Under the pieces are notes generated by a model that was not told the origin of the DNA, ran no database searches, and saw only the letters and a program-made list of their open reading frames with translations. From positions 128,001-192,000 of the forward strand of contig JBBIRK010000003.1 of the NCBI GenBank assembly GCA_037441845.1: a stretch of DNA of 64,000 bases, written 5' to 3'. A program made the position numbers and the translations under genes. Positions 39,897 through 50,031 of the stretch are shown here, piece by piece (the stretch's first letter is position 1; the number at the start of each line of letters is the position of its first letter). This stretch comes from Candidatus Zixiibacteriota bacterium. GTDB taxonomy: Bacteria > Zixibacteria > MSB-5A5 > UBA10806 > 4484-95.

Positions 39897-40694
39897 ATGG
39901 ATTACGTTCAATTGATACCGGTGGTCGTTTTGGGCCTGATCATGGGCAGTTTCGCCAATGTATGCATCTATCGACTGCCGCTCGGAAAATCGCTGATCAG
40001 GCCGGCCTCGGCCTGCCCCGCCTGCGGACGGCCTATCGCGCCATACGATAATATACCGCTGTTGAGCTACCTGATTCTACTTGGGCGATGCCGACACTGC
40101 CGGGCGAGAATCGGCATTCGATACCCGGTCGTTGAATCGCTCAATGCGCTTTTGTATGTTGTGGCAATCCTGAATATCGGCGGTTCCGCCGGTGACCGCC
40201 TGTTTCGTCTTATAGAGGCGTTTTATTTATCCACGGCGTTCTTGGTCATCTTCTTTATCGATATAGATCATCGAATCATTCCCGATTCGATTTCGCTTTC
40301 CGGCATCGTGATCGGCATCTTGTTCAGTTTTCTGCCGGGAATACCGGTCGATTGGAAACAGGCGTTGATCGGGACGATCGTGGGCGGAGGTTTGTTTCTG
40401 CTGGTGGCCGAAATCGGCGATAGGGTGTTCAAACGCGAAAGCATGGGCGGCGGCGATATCAAACTCGCGGCGATGCTGGGGGCTTGTCTCGGCTGGAAAG
40501 GGATATTGTTGGTTCTATGCTTGGCGTCGTTTTTGGGAAGTATCGTCGGCTTGACTCAACTCGCCCTGGCCAAAGATAAGGCATCGGCCAGAATCGTGCC
40601 TTTCGGGCCTTTTTTGGTCACCGCCGGCTTGATCGTATTTTACTGGGGGAACGAAATCATTCGCTTTTACCTGAAAAGCGTCGGTTTGCTTTAA
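39897..40694 (+). CDS. pilD: Prepilin peptidase
   Basis: GSFANVCIYRLP, two CxxC, IDIDHRIIPD, MGGGDIKL and VPFGPFL. Confidence 0.95.
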   Translation: MDYVQLIPVVVLGLIMGSFANVCIYRLPLGKSLIRPASACPACGRPIAPYDNIPLLSYLILLGRCRHCRARIGIRYPVVESLNALLYVVAILNIGGSAGDRLFRLIEAFYLSTAFLVIFFIDIDHRIIPDSISLSGIVIGILFSFLPGIPVDWKQALIGTIVGGGLFLLVAEIGDRVFKRESMGGGDIKLAAMLGACLGWKGILLVLCLASFLGSIVGLTQLALAKDKASARIVPFGPFLVTAGLIVFYWGNEIIRFYLKSVGLL

Positions 40695-40731
40695 TTATAC
40701 TCACTCTGCCGGTCTGCCGATATCGATATAT

Positions 40732-42540
40732 GTGAACCTCGGCAAAGCCAAAATATTCAGCGGTTATGAGATCGAGATCAAAATTTCGTTGGTCTTGTTG
40801 ATCGCCTTCTTGCTATCACTCAATTTTCTGTCTTCTTTCGCCATGAAGCGGGCCAGGCTTGCGCTGCAAAATAAATCGCAATCGCAGATAGAATTGGCTT
40901 TGACCGCGATAAAAACTGCTATCGAGGAAAGCGGCTATAACCTTCCCGAGGCCCAATTCCTGAAACGGGTCGCCATCGCAGGCGCGGTGGACAAGATCGA
41001 AATATCCGACAGCCTCGGCAACAGATTGCTGGCGATATTGGCCGAGCCCGAATCAACGCCCGATACGAGCTCGGCGGTCTCCGGGAATACCGTGATTATC
41101 GATAAAAACGGCAGGAGCCTTTACTCGATTTATGTCCGCGGCTCCGGCAGGGAGGAGGCGGCCATCGCCAGGCTTGCAATTCTGGATGCCGTTTTCAGAG
41201 GCTTCGGGCTTCTCGCCGGATTGGCGGTCGCGGCGCTGCTCATTCGTTTCGTCATGAATCCATATCGCAAAATCAAGAGCCAGGCACAGAAATTGAATCT
41301 CGACCTGAGAGGCACGAATAGCACCGACAGTGTCGAATATGTGGTGGCAATGTTTCAGGAGATTATCAGCCGGCTGAAACAGAAGGAAGAAGTTCTTCAA
41401 CGCATGTATGATGATTCGGAGAAGCGGGTGGAATCACTCGAACGCTACAACGAATATATCCTCGGCAGCATCTCCACCGGCGTTATAATTTGCGATAAAA
41501 AGGGGATTATAACCCGATTCAACCGGGCCGCACGGAGGATAACCGGCATCGAAAAAGCCGAGGAAAACCAACAGGCGCTTGCGGAGGTATTCGGAAAAAA
41601 TCACCAGATAACCAAGCTGATGAACGAGGCCCTACGCGGCGTTACCTATTCGCGCCGGGAGCTGGAAATGCTGCGTGGCGACGGGTCGCGTCAATGGATC
41701 GGTCTTTCCACTTCTCAAATTTTCGATAACGAAGATAATCGTATCGGGGCGGCGGTTCTGCTTACTGACTTGACCAAAATCAAACAGATGCAAGCCCTGA
41801 TAGACTATCAGGATAAAATTTCGGCTCTGGGTAGGCTTTCGGCGGGTCTGGCTCATGAACTCCGCAATTCCATCGCCGCCATCGTCGGATTCGGCAAGCT
41901 GTTGAAAAAACATGGGCTGGACGACCATTCTATGGCCATCGCCGACAACATCCTAACCGAAGCTTTAGCCACCGAGGAAATGCTTTCGCGATTCCTCGAT
42001 TTCGCCCGTCCGATCAAACTTCAACCCAAGCCGTTTGACCTCGCTGAGGCTATCGAAAGCTGCATAGATCAGTGCAAAAATCTTTATGACCGCAGTAGCA
42101 TAAGTATCCGTTTCGTTTCAAAAACGGTCGATACCGTTTTCGAGGGTGATCCGGTTTTGCTGAAAACTGCGTTCCGCAATTTGCTGATCAACTCGTATCA
42201 GGCGATAGGGGAGAGCGGCCATATTGAAGTGAAACTTGAACATGATCGGAAAAACAATTCGTTCGTAATCAAGTTCTGCGATGACGGCCCCGGAATCGAA
42301 AATGAATTACTGCCGAAAATATTCGAGCCGTTTTTCACCACCAAGGAAAAGGGGACCGGTTTAGGGATGGCTATCGCCAAAAAGATAATCAGCGCCCATT
42401 TCGGAGAAATCGTGATCTCGAGTCGGCCGGGACAGACGATCGTGACTATCACGTTGCCGATCGATCAAACGATTCGCACTGAAACTTCGATTAATTCCGA
42501 TGAAAGCTATGTCGCGCAGCTTATTCGTGAGCAAAGCTGA
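40732..42540 (+). CDS. Membrane PAS sensor histidine kinase (PilS/NtrB-like)
   Basis: Two TM segments, PAS, GLAHELRN H-box, NLLINS, DDGPGI and FFTTKEKGTGLG. Confidence 0.9.
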   Translation: MNLGKAKIFSGYEIEIKISLVLLIAFLLSLNFLSSFAMKRARLALQNKSQSQIELALTAIKTAIEESGYNLPEAQFLKRVAIAGAVDKIEISDSLGNRLLAILAEPESTPDTSSAVSGNTVIIDKNGRSLYSIYVRGSGREEAAIARLAILDAVFRGFGLLAGLAVAALLIRFVMNPYRKIKSQAQKLNLDLRGTNSTDSVEYVVAMFQEIISRLKQKEEVLQRMYDDSEKRVESLERYNEYILGSISTGVIICDKKGIITRFNRAARRITGIEKAEENQQALAEVFGKNHQITKLMNEALRGVTYSRRELEMLRGDGSRQWIGLSTSQIFDNEDNRIGAAVLLTDLTKIKQMQALIDYQDKISALGRLSAGLAHELRNSIAAIVGFGKLLKKHGLDDHSMAIADNILTEALATEEMLSRFLDFARPIKLQPKPFDLAEAIESCIDQCKNLYDRSSISIRFVSKTVDTVFEGDPVLLKTAFRNLLINSYQAIGESGHIEVKLEHDRKNNSFVIKFCDDGPGIENELLPKIFEPFFTTKEKGTGLGMAIAKKIISAHFGEIVISSRPGQTIVTITLPIDQTIRTETSINSDESYVAQLIREQS

Positions 42541-42714
42541 AGATTTCCTTCAACTTTCGTCCGATTTTCCGACGTTTCGTTTTGCAATGATTATTCAACG
42601 CAACAGCAAGTTCGGGAATATTATTCGAAAAATATATTGATCTTGCCGATAAAGATATTAGTGGAAGAATAAATGGCAAAAAAATAGACTATTTGATAGA
42701 GGATCGACATCGCC

Positions 42715-44025
42715 GTGGATAAAAAAATAGTCCTCGCCAGAATCGGCAAAATCAAGGAACTATCTTCGCCGCCCACGCTTTTACAAGGGATTCTCGACCT
42801 GATTAATTCGCCCGATGTCTCCGCCAAGGCGCTCGCGGATGTAATTCTTAAAGATCCCGCTCTGACGGCTCGGGTTTTGAAAATCGCCAATTCGTCGTTT
42901 TACGGATATTATAAAAAGATAACGACCGTAAATCAGGCGGTCGTGGTGATGGGTATAAATGCGGTAAAATATTTTATACTCTCCATAACCGTTCTGAACC
43001 AGCTTCTTTCTCAGAAAGATAAGAGTCGCATCAATCATAAGCACCTCTGGACCAATATTCTTGAATCAGCGGCGGCGGCGCGCGGCATCGCCGCGGGAAT
43101 AAAGTATGCCCAGCCTGAGGAAGCCTATGTAGCCGGTCTCTTGCACGATCTGGGCATTATAATTCTCGAAAAAGAGTTCCCAGAAGAGTATCAATCGGCG
43201 CTCCGCTTGGTTGCCGGCGGTAAACTTCTACACGAGGCCGAAAACGAAATTTTCGGCCTGGATCACCAATTTATAATCGGGCAAATGGCCAATAACTGGA
43301 ATCTTCCGTCGCTGATCACCGACTCGATCATACTTCATCACCCCACGACCGAAACGGATGTGCAGAATATGCCCCTGATAGCCAAAATGGTGGCCTTGGC
43401 CGATTGTATCGCCTCGGTGCCTTTCGATGAAATGCGCAATCTGACGATCGCCGAAAAGAGACTTCACTTGATGAACGCCCTGGCCAGTGCTTTGGGTATC
43501 GATCAGGATATGTTAATAGAGATTCATAAGAAACTCGCCGATGAAGTGGTAGTCTCGGCCTCCACCATGGACCTCGATATAGGGGATGCCGTGGATATTT
43601 TGTCTCGGAGCAACGCCGAGCTCTTCAAAATCTATCTCGAACTTGCCGCCTTGTTCAAAGAACGGCGGGAATTAAGCCGCGAGATCCTTCACGAAGAAAG
43701 AATGGAGGCAACCCTCGAATCGCTTAAAATAGCCCTGGCGACGCTGTCGCATTATATTAACAACGCCACGATGAATATCAGCGGCAAGTGCGAATTGCTG
43801 CGGATGATAATGTCGCAGAAGGGAATCGAAGGCGTCAAGCAGAACCTTCCGGGATTCATCGATTCGATAGAAAAATCGGTGAAAAGGATCACCCTTGTGC
43901 TCGATCACCTATCAAAAGTATCCTCGATAGAAACCTTGAATTTCTTCAGCCATTCCAAAGCGATAGATATAGAAAACGATATCAAAGCCAAACTTTCCAA
44001 ACAGCTGGAAAGCATCGAAGTGTAG
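42715..44025 (+). CDS. HDOD-domain protein with C-terminal HisKA-like helices
   Basis: DPALTARVLKIANSSFY, AGLLHDLG and W.LP; TLSHYINN near the C-terminus. Confidence 0.85.
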   Translation: MDKKIVLARIGKIKELSSPPTLLQGILDLINSPDVSAKALADVILKDPALTARVLKIANSSFYGYYKKITTVNQAVVVMGINAVKYFILSITVLNQLLSQKDKSRINHKHLWTNILESAAAARGIAAGIKYAQPEEAYVAGLLHDLGIIILEKEFPEEYQSALRLVAGGKLLHEAENEIFGLDHQFIIGQMANNWNLPSLITDSIILHHPTTETDVQNMPLIAKMVALADCIASVPFDEMRNLTIAEKRLHLMNALASALGIDQDMLIEIHKKLADEVVVSASTMDLDIGDAVDILSRSNAELFKIYLELAALFKERRELSREILHEERMEATLESLKIALATLSHYINNATMNISGKCELLRMIMSQKGIEGVKQNLPGFIDSIEKSVKRITLVLDHLSKVSSIETLNFFSHSKAIDIENDIKAKLSKQLESIEV

Positions 44026-44187
44026 TATCAAAACATTCTGCGATAATATACCGATCGATTATTCCTGATGCCAACTGAATGCCAACTGAACTTGTTCAGG
44101 CGCAGTCAATTCCGCCGCAAAAAAACGCGAATCGTCCGTATTTATATGAGATTGTTTACTCAGCCAAGCCCTGAAGTCGGCACAATT

Positions 44188-45027
44188 CTATTTTTGGGAC
44201 CTGGCGGCCGGCGAACCGGCGACGATTTTGCCGATGATCGGAATCGTGATTCGGCTGTCGGGGCGCCCCTCCGCCTGAAGTGTCACCGAAGAGGCAAACG
44301 GTCCCTCGGCGATACTTTTATTTAATTCTATCTTAAGGTCTGTCGATTGTTTCGGTTTCAAAGTTTTATTGCCGAGCGTGACCTTGATGAAATCCGGCGA
44401 AGGTGTTTCAATCAAGACGAGATTCATAGCCGTTGAATCGATATTGGTAAGACTGAGCTTCATCTCCGCCTTCTTGCCTTTGGCGACTTCCTTGAAATCG
44501 GCCTCGAGCGGCGAGGATTCGATTATCTGCAACGGATTGTTGATATTGGCTTTGAACCGCAACTCGAGAAACGGATTAAGATCGTCGTTGCATTCGACCC
44601 TGATTCCTTTGGTGACCCTGCCGTTGAATCTGCCGGAGTCGAATATCACGTCGATACTCGATCGTCCGCCGGGAGGGACCACGATTTGTTCTTTCTTGGT
44701 CGAGGTGCAACCGCAAGTCGGCTTGACTTTAGTCACGATCAACGTGTCTTTACCTTCGTTGCTGAACCAGTAATTATGGGTGACTTTCGCGCCTTTGGCC
44801 AGCGAACCGAAATCGAAATCGGTTTCGTCGAATTTGATTCTGGCCTTGGTTAATTTAACCGGACTGGCCGCTTTTTCCTGCCCGGTCGGAGTGATCGCCT
44901 TGGTTTTTATCCAGTCCTGCAGGGTGGGCCGATTGGCGGTGTCTTCGGCTGCCTCCTGTCCGAAAACCGGGCAAGCAAACGCCATTAAAAAAAACGACAG
45001 CAACAGAGTAGTAAACGGCTTTTTCAT
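44188..45027 (-). CDS. Secreted DUF1573-domain protein
   Basis: Signal peptide; FDFG, FSNEGKDTL and VKPTCGCT. Confidence 0.85.
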   Translation of the reverse strand: MKKPFTTLLLSFFLMAFACPVFGQEAAEDTANRPTLQDWIKTKAITPTGQEKAASPVKLTKARIKFDETDFDFGSLAKGAKVTHNYWFSNEGKDTLIVTKVKPTCGCTSTKKEQIVVPPGGRSSIDVIFDSGRFNGRVTKGIRVECNDDLNPFLELRFKANINNPLQIIESSPLEADFKEVAKGKKAEMKLSLTNIDSTAMNLVLIETPSPDFIKVTLGNKTLKPKQSTDLKIELNKSIAEGPFASSVTLQAEGRPDSRITIPIIGKIVAGSPAARSQK

Positions 45028-45070
45028 AATAATACTCCTTTGGCGTAATCTAATGCCGTTTCCGCCGATG

Positions 45071-46063
45071 TCAAGACGGTAAATACCCCATTTTTTTCAT
45101 CCATGTATCCGAATATAACTTTGAAAGATATCGATTGCCCGAATCGGGCAAAATGATCACTACTTTACCATGAATCCTGTGCTGCTCGGCGAGTCGGATC
45201 GCCGCGGACACCACGGCACCGCTGGAACCGCCGGCGAAAATCCCCTCGACTCGGGCCAGTCGACGCGCCGTCAGCATCGCCTCGCGGTCGCTGATTTGGA
45301 TCATATCGTCGATCACCGAAAAATCGAGCGCTTTAACCGGTTTGTCGCTGCCGATCCCCTCGATTTCGTAGTGCGAAGCCGCGATCACCTCGCCGGTGCG
45401 GAATTGATGCGACAAGATCGATCCCTCGCTGTCAACCGCGATTATCTTTATGCGCGGGTTGCGCTCTTTCAAAAATCTTCCCACGCCCGATACCGTGCCG
45501 CCGGTTCCGGCTCCGATTACCGCGCAATCAACATCACCGTTCATCTGCTCCCAGATCTCCGGGCCGGTCGTCCGGTAATGACAGGTGATATTGGCCGGAT
45601 TGTTGTATTGGTCAAGGTAAATGCAATCGCTTATTTGAGAAGCAAGGCGTGCCGCGACACTGTAATTCGAACGGGGATCATCGGCCTGCACCGTATGCGG
45701 AGTGAGCACCAGTTCGGCTCCGTAAAGTTTCATCATATTCTGTTTTTCTTCGCTGTTTTTATCGCTCATAACCAATACCGCCCGATAGTTTTTCAACGAG
45801 CAAATCATAGCCACGGCTATGCCGGTGTTCCCCGAGGTTACCTCGACCACCGTTCCTCCGGGCCTTAAAGCACCGCGTCGTTCCGCATCCTCTATCAGAT
45901 ACAGCGCCAGCCGATCTTTCAGCGAACCGGTGGGATTGAACATTTCGAGCTTGGCGAAAAGCGACACCGGCGATTCAGGGGCGATTTTATCCAGTTTCAA
46001 AAGCGGAGTGTTGCCTATAAGGCGGGTGAATCTGTCGATCAGCATCGTGGTTTGCAATTGCAT
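45071..46063 (-). CDS. PLP-dependent cysteine synthase/cystathionine beta-synthase family
   Basis: KLEMFNPTGSLKDR, TSGNTG, GAGTGGT and PDSGNRYLSK. Confidence 0.92.
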   Translation of the reverse strand: MQLQTTMLIDRFTRLIGNTPLLKLDKIAPESPVSLFAKLEMFNPTGSLKDRLALYLIEDAERRGALRPGGTVVEVTSGNTGIAVAMICSLKNYRAVLVMSDKNSEEKQNMMKLYGAELVLTPHTVQADDPRSNYSVAARLASQISDCIYLDQYNNPANITCHYRTTGPEIWEQMNGDVDCAVIGAGTGGTVSGVGRFLKERNPRIKIIAVDSEGSILSHQFRTGEVIAASHYEIEGIGSDKPVKALDFSVIDDMIQISDREAMLTARRLARVEGIFAGGSSGAVVSAAIRLAEQHRIHGKVVIILPDSGNRYLSKLYSDTWMKKMGYLPS

Positions 46064-46329
46064 ACTATTTATACTCCAATCGGCGCGGGAGGTTGCGCCA
46101 AAAGGTGATTTCTTATTTTTCCTTAAGCGGTATTTTCCAGACCGATAATTATTTGCCGATTACTATTCCTCTACGATAAGAAATTATTCGATCATGCCGC
46201 CGATTATACATACATTAAGACGTCCGGTCAATCGAAAAGGCCGCGTTTATAATTAACGGCCTGTTCCAAAAAGTGCTTGCTATCCGCATGGCAGGGTGTA
46301 ATAATCATGGCTAATTAGGAAGGCGGCAA

Positions 46330-47613
46330 ATGAGAATTCTGGTTATCGGCAAGGGGGGAAGAGAGCATGCTATATGCTGGAAACTTTCCCTGTCCAGGAA
46401 CGTTTCCAAAATTTTCGTTGCGCCGGGAAATGCCGGTATGGCCGGAATTGCCGAAACCGTGCCCATCCCGTCCGATGACTTGCGAGGACTGGCCGATTTC
46501 GCCAAGTCCAATTCCATAGACCTGACCGTGGTCGGACCGGAGGCTCCGCTCACGATGGGTATTGTCGATGAGTTCGAAAGCCGCGGCCTAAAAATTTTCG
46601 GCCCTTCGAAAAAGGCCTCGGTCATTGAAGGCAGCAAGGCGTTCGCCAAAGATTTCATGCAGCGTTACCATATCCCAACCGCCAGTTTCCGGATTTTCGA
46701 CGGGCATTTCGAGGCGCTCGATTTCGTGAAATCGGCAGGTTATCCGTTGGTGGTTAAGGCCGATGGTTTGGCGGCGGGCAAGGGCGCAATTATCTGCCAA
46801 AATCCCGACGAAGCATGTGGGGCTGTAGAGAAACTAATGGTTCAAAAAATGTTCGGCAGCGCCGGCATGAAATTGGTGATCGAGGAATGTCTTGAGGGCG
46901 AAGAAGTGACCTTGATGGCGTTCACCGACGGCAAGAATATCGTGCCGATGGTGCCGTCGCAGGACCACAAGCGTATTTTCGACGGCGACCGGGGGCCGAA
47001 TACCGGCGGCATGGGAGCCTACGCACCAGCGACATTTATCGATCAGAGGCTGACCCAGACCTTGCAGGAGCAGATTCTCGAGCCGACTATCAGGGGGCTG
47101 GCGAAAGAAGGCAGAATCTACCGCGGCGTATTATATATGGGTCTTATGATTACCAATAGAGGCCCCAAAGTGCTCGAATATAATTGCCGGTTCGGCGATC
47201 CGGAGACTCAAGCGGTCCTGCCGTTGCTCGAAAGCGACCTGGCCGAAATTTTCGCCGATATCGCCGAGGGATTCATTCACACCGATGATGTCAGATGGTC
47301 CGATAAATCCGCAGCCTGTGTCGTCTTGGCCTCAGGCGGCTATCCCGATAACTACCGAACCGGCTTTCCGATAAACGGGATCGAGAATATCGCGCCGGAC
47401 GAAGGGCTGGTGTTTCATGCCGGAACGGCGATCGCCGACGGCAAATTAGTTACCGCCGGCGGCCGCGTTCTCGGAGTAACGGGCATTGGTGTCAATCTTA
47501 AAGAAGCGTTGCGAAACGCCTATCATTGCGTCGATAAAATCAATTTCGAGCAGATGCATTACCGCAAAGATATAGGGTGGCGCGCCAATAATCCACCTCG
47601 GGGGATAATGTGA
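46330..47613 (+). CDS. purD: Phosphoribosylamine-glycine ligase
   Basis: GGREHA, VVGPEAPL, KADGLAAGKG, GPNTGGMGAY and RFGDPE. Confidence 0.97.
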   Translation: MRILVIGKGGREHAICWKLSLSRNVSKIFVAPGNAGMAGIAETVPIPSDDLRGLADFAKSNSIDLTVVGPEAPLTMGIVDEFESRGLKIFGPSKKASVIEGSKAFAKDFMQRYHIPTASFRIFDGHFEALDFVKSAGYPLVVKADGLAAGKGAIICQNPDEACGAVEKLMVQKMFGSAGMKLVIEECLEGEEVTLMAFTDGKNIVPMVPSQDHKRIFDGDRGPNTGGMGAYAPATFIDQRLTQTLQEQILEPTIRGLAKEGRIYRGVLYMGLMITNRGPKVLEYNCRFGDPETQAVLPLLESDLAEIFADIAEGFIHTDDVRWSDKSAACVVLASGGYPDNYRTGFPINGIENIAPDEGLVFHAGTAIADGKLVTAGGRVLGVTGIGVNLKEALRNAYHCVDKINFEQMHYRKDIGWRANNPPRGIM

Positions 47614-48077
47614 GCGATACGGCTGAAATTCTCGTCGTATTGGGAAGCAAATCGGATGAAAAAACGATGACCGAGTGCTTGAATGTTCTGGATAATTTCG
47701 GAGTCGCTTATAAGTGCGAAATCTGCTCGGCGCATCGCAATCCCGTGCGGACGATGGAATTGGCCAAAGCAGCCGCCGACTCGGGCATAAAGGTTATTAT
47801 CGCAGCGGCGGGAATGGCTGCGGCATTACCGGGCGTCATCGCCGCCAACACTTTTCTGCCGGTGATCGGTGTGCCTATGGCAGGTTCGGCGCTCGGCGGT
47901 GTCGATGCCTTATTGTCGATCGTCCAGATGCCGGCAGGCGTGCCGGTGGCGGCGACCGCTATCGGTTCGCACGGCGCAAAAAACGCAGCCCTTTTAGCGG
48001 TCCGGATACTTGCCTTGAATAATCCATCGCTGCATAAAAAGCTCGGTGCTTACATTAACGATCTCGCCAGGGGGTGA
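47610..48077 (+). CDS. purE: N5-CAIR mutase
   Basis: GSKSD, SAHRNP, PVIGVP and SIVQMPAGVPVA. Confidence 0.96.
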   Translation: MSDTAEILVVLGSKSDEKTMTECLNVLDNFGVAYKCEICSAHRNPVRTMELAKAAADSGIKVIIAAAGMAAALPGVIAANTFLPVIGVPMAGSALGGVDALLSIVQMPAGVPVAATAIGSHGAKNAALLAVRILALNNPSLHKKLGAYINDLARG

Positions 48078-48083
48078 TAAGTA

Positions 48084-48638
48084 ATGTTCGCGATCTTGAT
48101 TATTCTGTTGTTATTGTTCGGAATTCCGATCGTGTTGCTGATATCGATCTATAACCGACTGATAAACCTGCGCAACCGGGTAGATGAGACTTTCAGTCAG
48201 ATAGATGTTTTGCTCACCCGGCGGGCCGACTTGATTCCCAATCTCGTGGCCACGGTGAAAGGATATGCCGGCCACGAAAAATCGGTGCTCGAAAACGTTA
48301 CTCAGTCGAGGGGAGCTTTATTGAGCGCCTCCGCGCCTGCGGAAAGATTCGGCGCCAACGAGGGGCTTTCGGGAGCCCTGAAATCGCTTTTCGCGGTCGT
48401 GGAGAACTATCCCAATTTGAAAGCCGATCAGAATTTTCGGGAATTGCAGGCGCAATTGGCCGTCCTCGAGGAGGATATAGCACGATCGAGATCGATTTAC
48501 AACCAGACTGTGCGCGACTATAATACGCAGCAGCAAACTTTTCCGGCAAACTTATTCGCCTCGACTTTCGGACATAATCCGCGCCAATTTTATGAGGTCG
48601 TTTCGGAAAAAAAGGAGCCGCCGAAAGTATCTTTTTAG
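48084..48638 (+). CDS. lemA: LemA family protein
   Basis: RRADLIPNLV, HEK and ENYPNLKADQNF. Confidence 0.93.
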   Translation: MFAILIILLLLFGIPIVLLISIYNRLINLRNRVDETFSQIDVLLTRRADLIPNLVATVKGYAGHEKSVLENVTQSRGALLSASAPAERFGANEGLSGALKSLFAVVENYPNLKADQNFRELQAQLAVLEEDIARSRSIYNQTVRDYNTQQQTFPANLFASTFGHNPRQFYEVVSEKKEPPKVSF

Positions 48639-48700
48639 GTTAAGCCTGTTTATAAAACGGCTTCGAAATAAATTGAAATAAGCTCAGGGGACCGTCGAAT

Positions 48701-49924
48701 ATGAACATATTGAACCTGATAGTATTCGAAGATGATCAGTGGGGCGGGTTTTATCCGATATCCGAAATGCACCCGATATTCGATCTCCTTATCGGTTGCC
48801 ATACCTTTCTCGAAAGATTGCGATTGTACTTTCGTCCGGCCGAGCTGTCGATAATCTGCCGCAAAGAGCTTGCCGATTTAACCCGCATACGTCATGAAAA
48901 TTCGGCCGTCAATGAGATCAAACCGGCCCGCTGCGATACCATATTGGTGAATTCATGCCTTAAGCCCGATACTGCCGTTTTTCAGGAATTGGTGTCGGCT
49001 AAACCGGACATATTGTATTTCGATGACGGCATTCTGCTCGGCGGCAAACTCACTGCCGGCTCCCTGAAACGGCTGGCCGATTGGATCTTGTCGCTGCCTG
49101 AAAACCCCTCGCTCATCGAATTCGAATTCCGCCGGAAAAGCTGGCCGCGCTATGCGAATCTCTGGGACATGATCGGCGATAACGCCCGGATGATCGAGTT
49201 CGACTATCGCAAAATGAAAAATCAGAAAAGCCGTTCGGGTGTATTTACGACTAAAGGGAAGGCGCTGGTGCATAAAAAGGCGAAAGTCGCACCGGGCGCA
49301 TATTTCGATACCGAAGCCGGTCCGATCGTAATCGATGAAGGCGTTTATATCGAGCCGCGCAGCCTTATCCAGGGACCGGCATATATCGGGCCAAATACGC
49401 GAATTATGGCCGGGCTGATAAGGGAAGGGTGCAGTATCGGCCCCGTATGCAAAGTGGGCGGCGAACTCGAGGAGTCGGTAATTTTAGGCTATTCCAATAA
49501 GTGCCACGAAGGATTTATCGGACATTCGTATATCGGAGAATGGGTGAATCTGGGCGCTCTCACCACCAATTCCGATCTGAAAAACAACTACACTTCGGTC
49601 AAAACAGTAGTAAAAGGGAAAGAATTCGACACCGGTATGATCAAAGTCGGCAGTTTGATCGGCGATCACACCAAAACCGGAATCGGAACTTTATTCAATA
49701 CCGGCATAGTTGTCGGTTTTTGCTGCAACTTGTTCGGCGGCGGGTTGTTCATGCAAAGGGAAATACCGTCGTTCACATGGGGAACCCCGAAATCCATGAT
49801 AAGGTTCGAATTGGATAAAGCAATCCAGATTGCCAAAATGGCGATGAGCCGGAGAAACGTCGATTTTACCGAATTCCACGAAAGGTTGTTTGAAACGCTC
49901 GCCGATAAATATGCAGAGGCGTGA
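48701..49924 (+). CDS. GlmU-like putative sugar nucleotidyl/acyltransferase (left-handed beta-helix)
   Basis: IVFED N-terminus; hexapeptide repeats; SNKCHEGFIGHS, WVNLGA and SDLKNNY. Confidence 0.8.
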   Translation: MNILNLIVFEDDQWGGFYPISEMHPIFDLLIGCHTFLERLRLYFRPAELSIICRKELADLTRIRHENSAVNEIKPARCDTILVNSCLKPDTAVFQELVSAKPDILYFDDGILLGGKLTAGSLKRLADWILSLPENPSLIEFEFRRKSWPRYANLWDMIGDNARMIEFDYRKMKNQKSRSGVFTTKGKALVHKKAKVAPGAYFDTEAGPIVIDEGVYIEPRSLIQGPAYIGPNTRIMAGLIREGCSIGPVCKVGGELEESVILGYSNKCHEGFIGHSYIGEWVNLGALTTNSDLKNNYTSVKTVVKGKEFDTGMIKVGSLIGDHTKTGIGTLFNTGIVVGFCCNLFGGGLFMQREIPSFTWGTPKSMIRFELDKAIQIAKMAMSRRNVDFTEFHERLFETLADKYAEA

Positions 49925-50031
49925 GCTTCTTCGAGTTTGTTATGTCGTAAGTTAAAATGCTTATTACAAACTGACGATAATGGAATGACGGAATCGATCA
50001 TATCTTTGATTTATAAGAATCGGAGGAAAAA

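Noticed and set aside
44068..44089. 11-bp tandem duplication ATGCCAACTGA x2
   Set aside because: Two copies only, between convergent gene ends; no evidence of function
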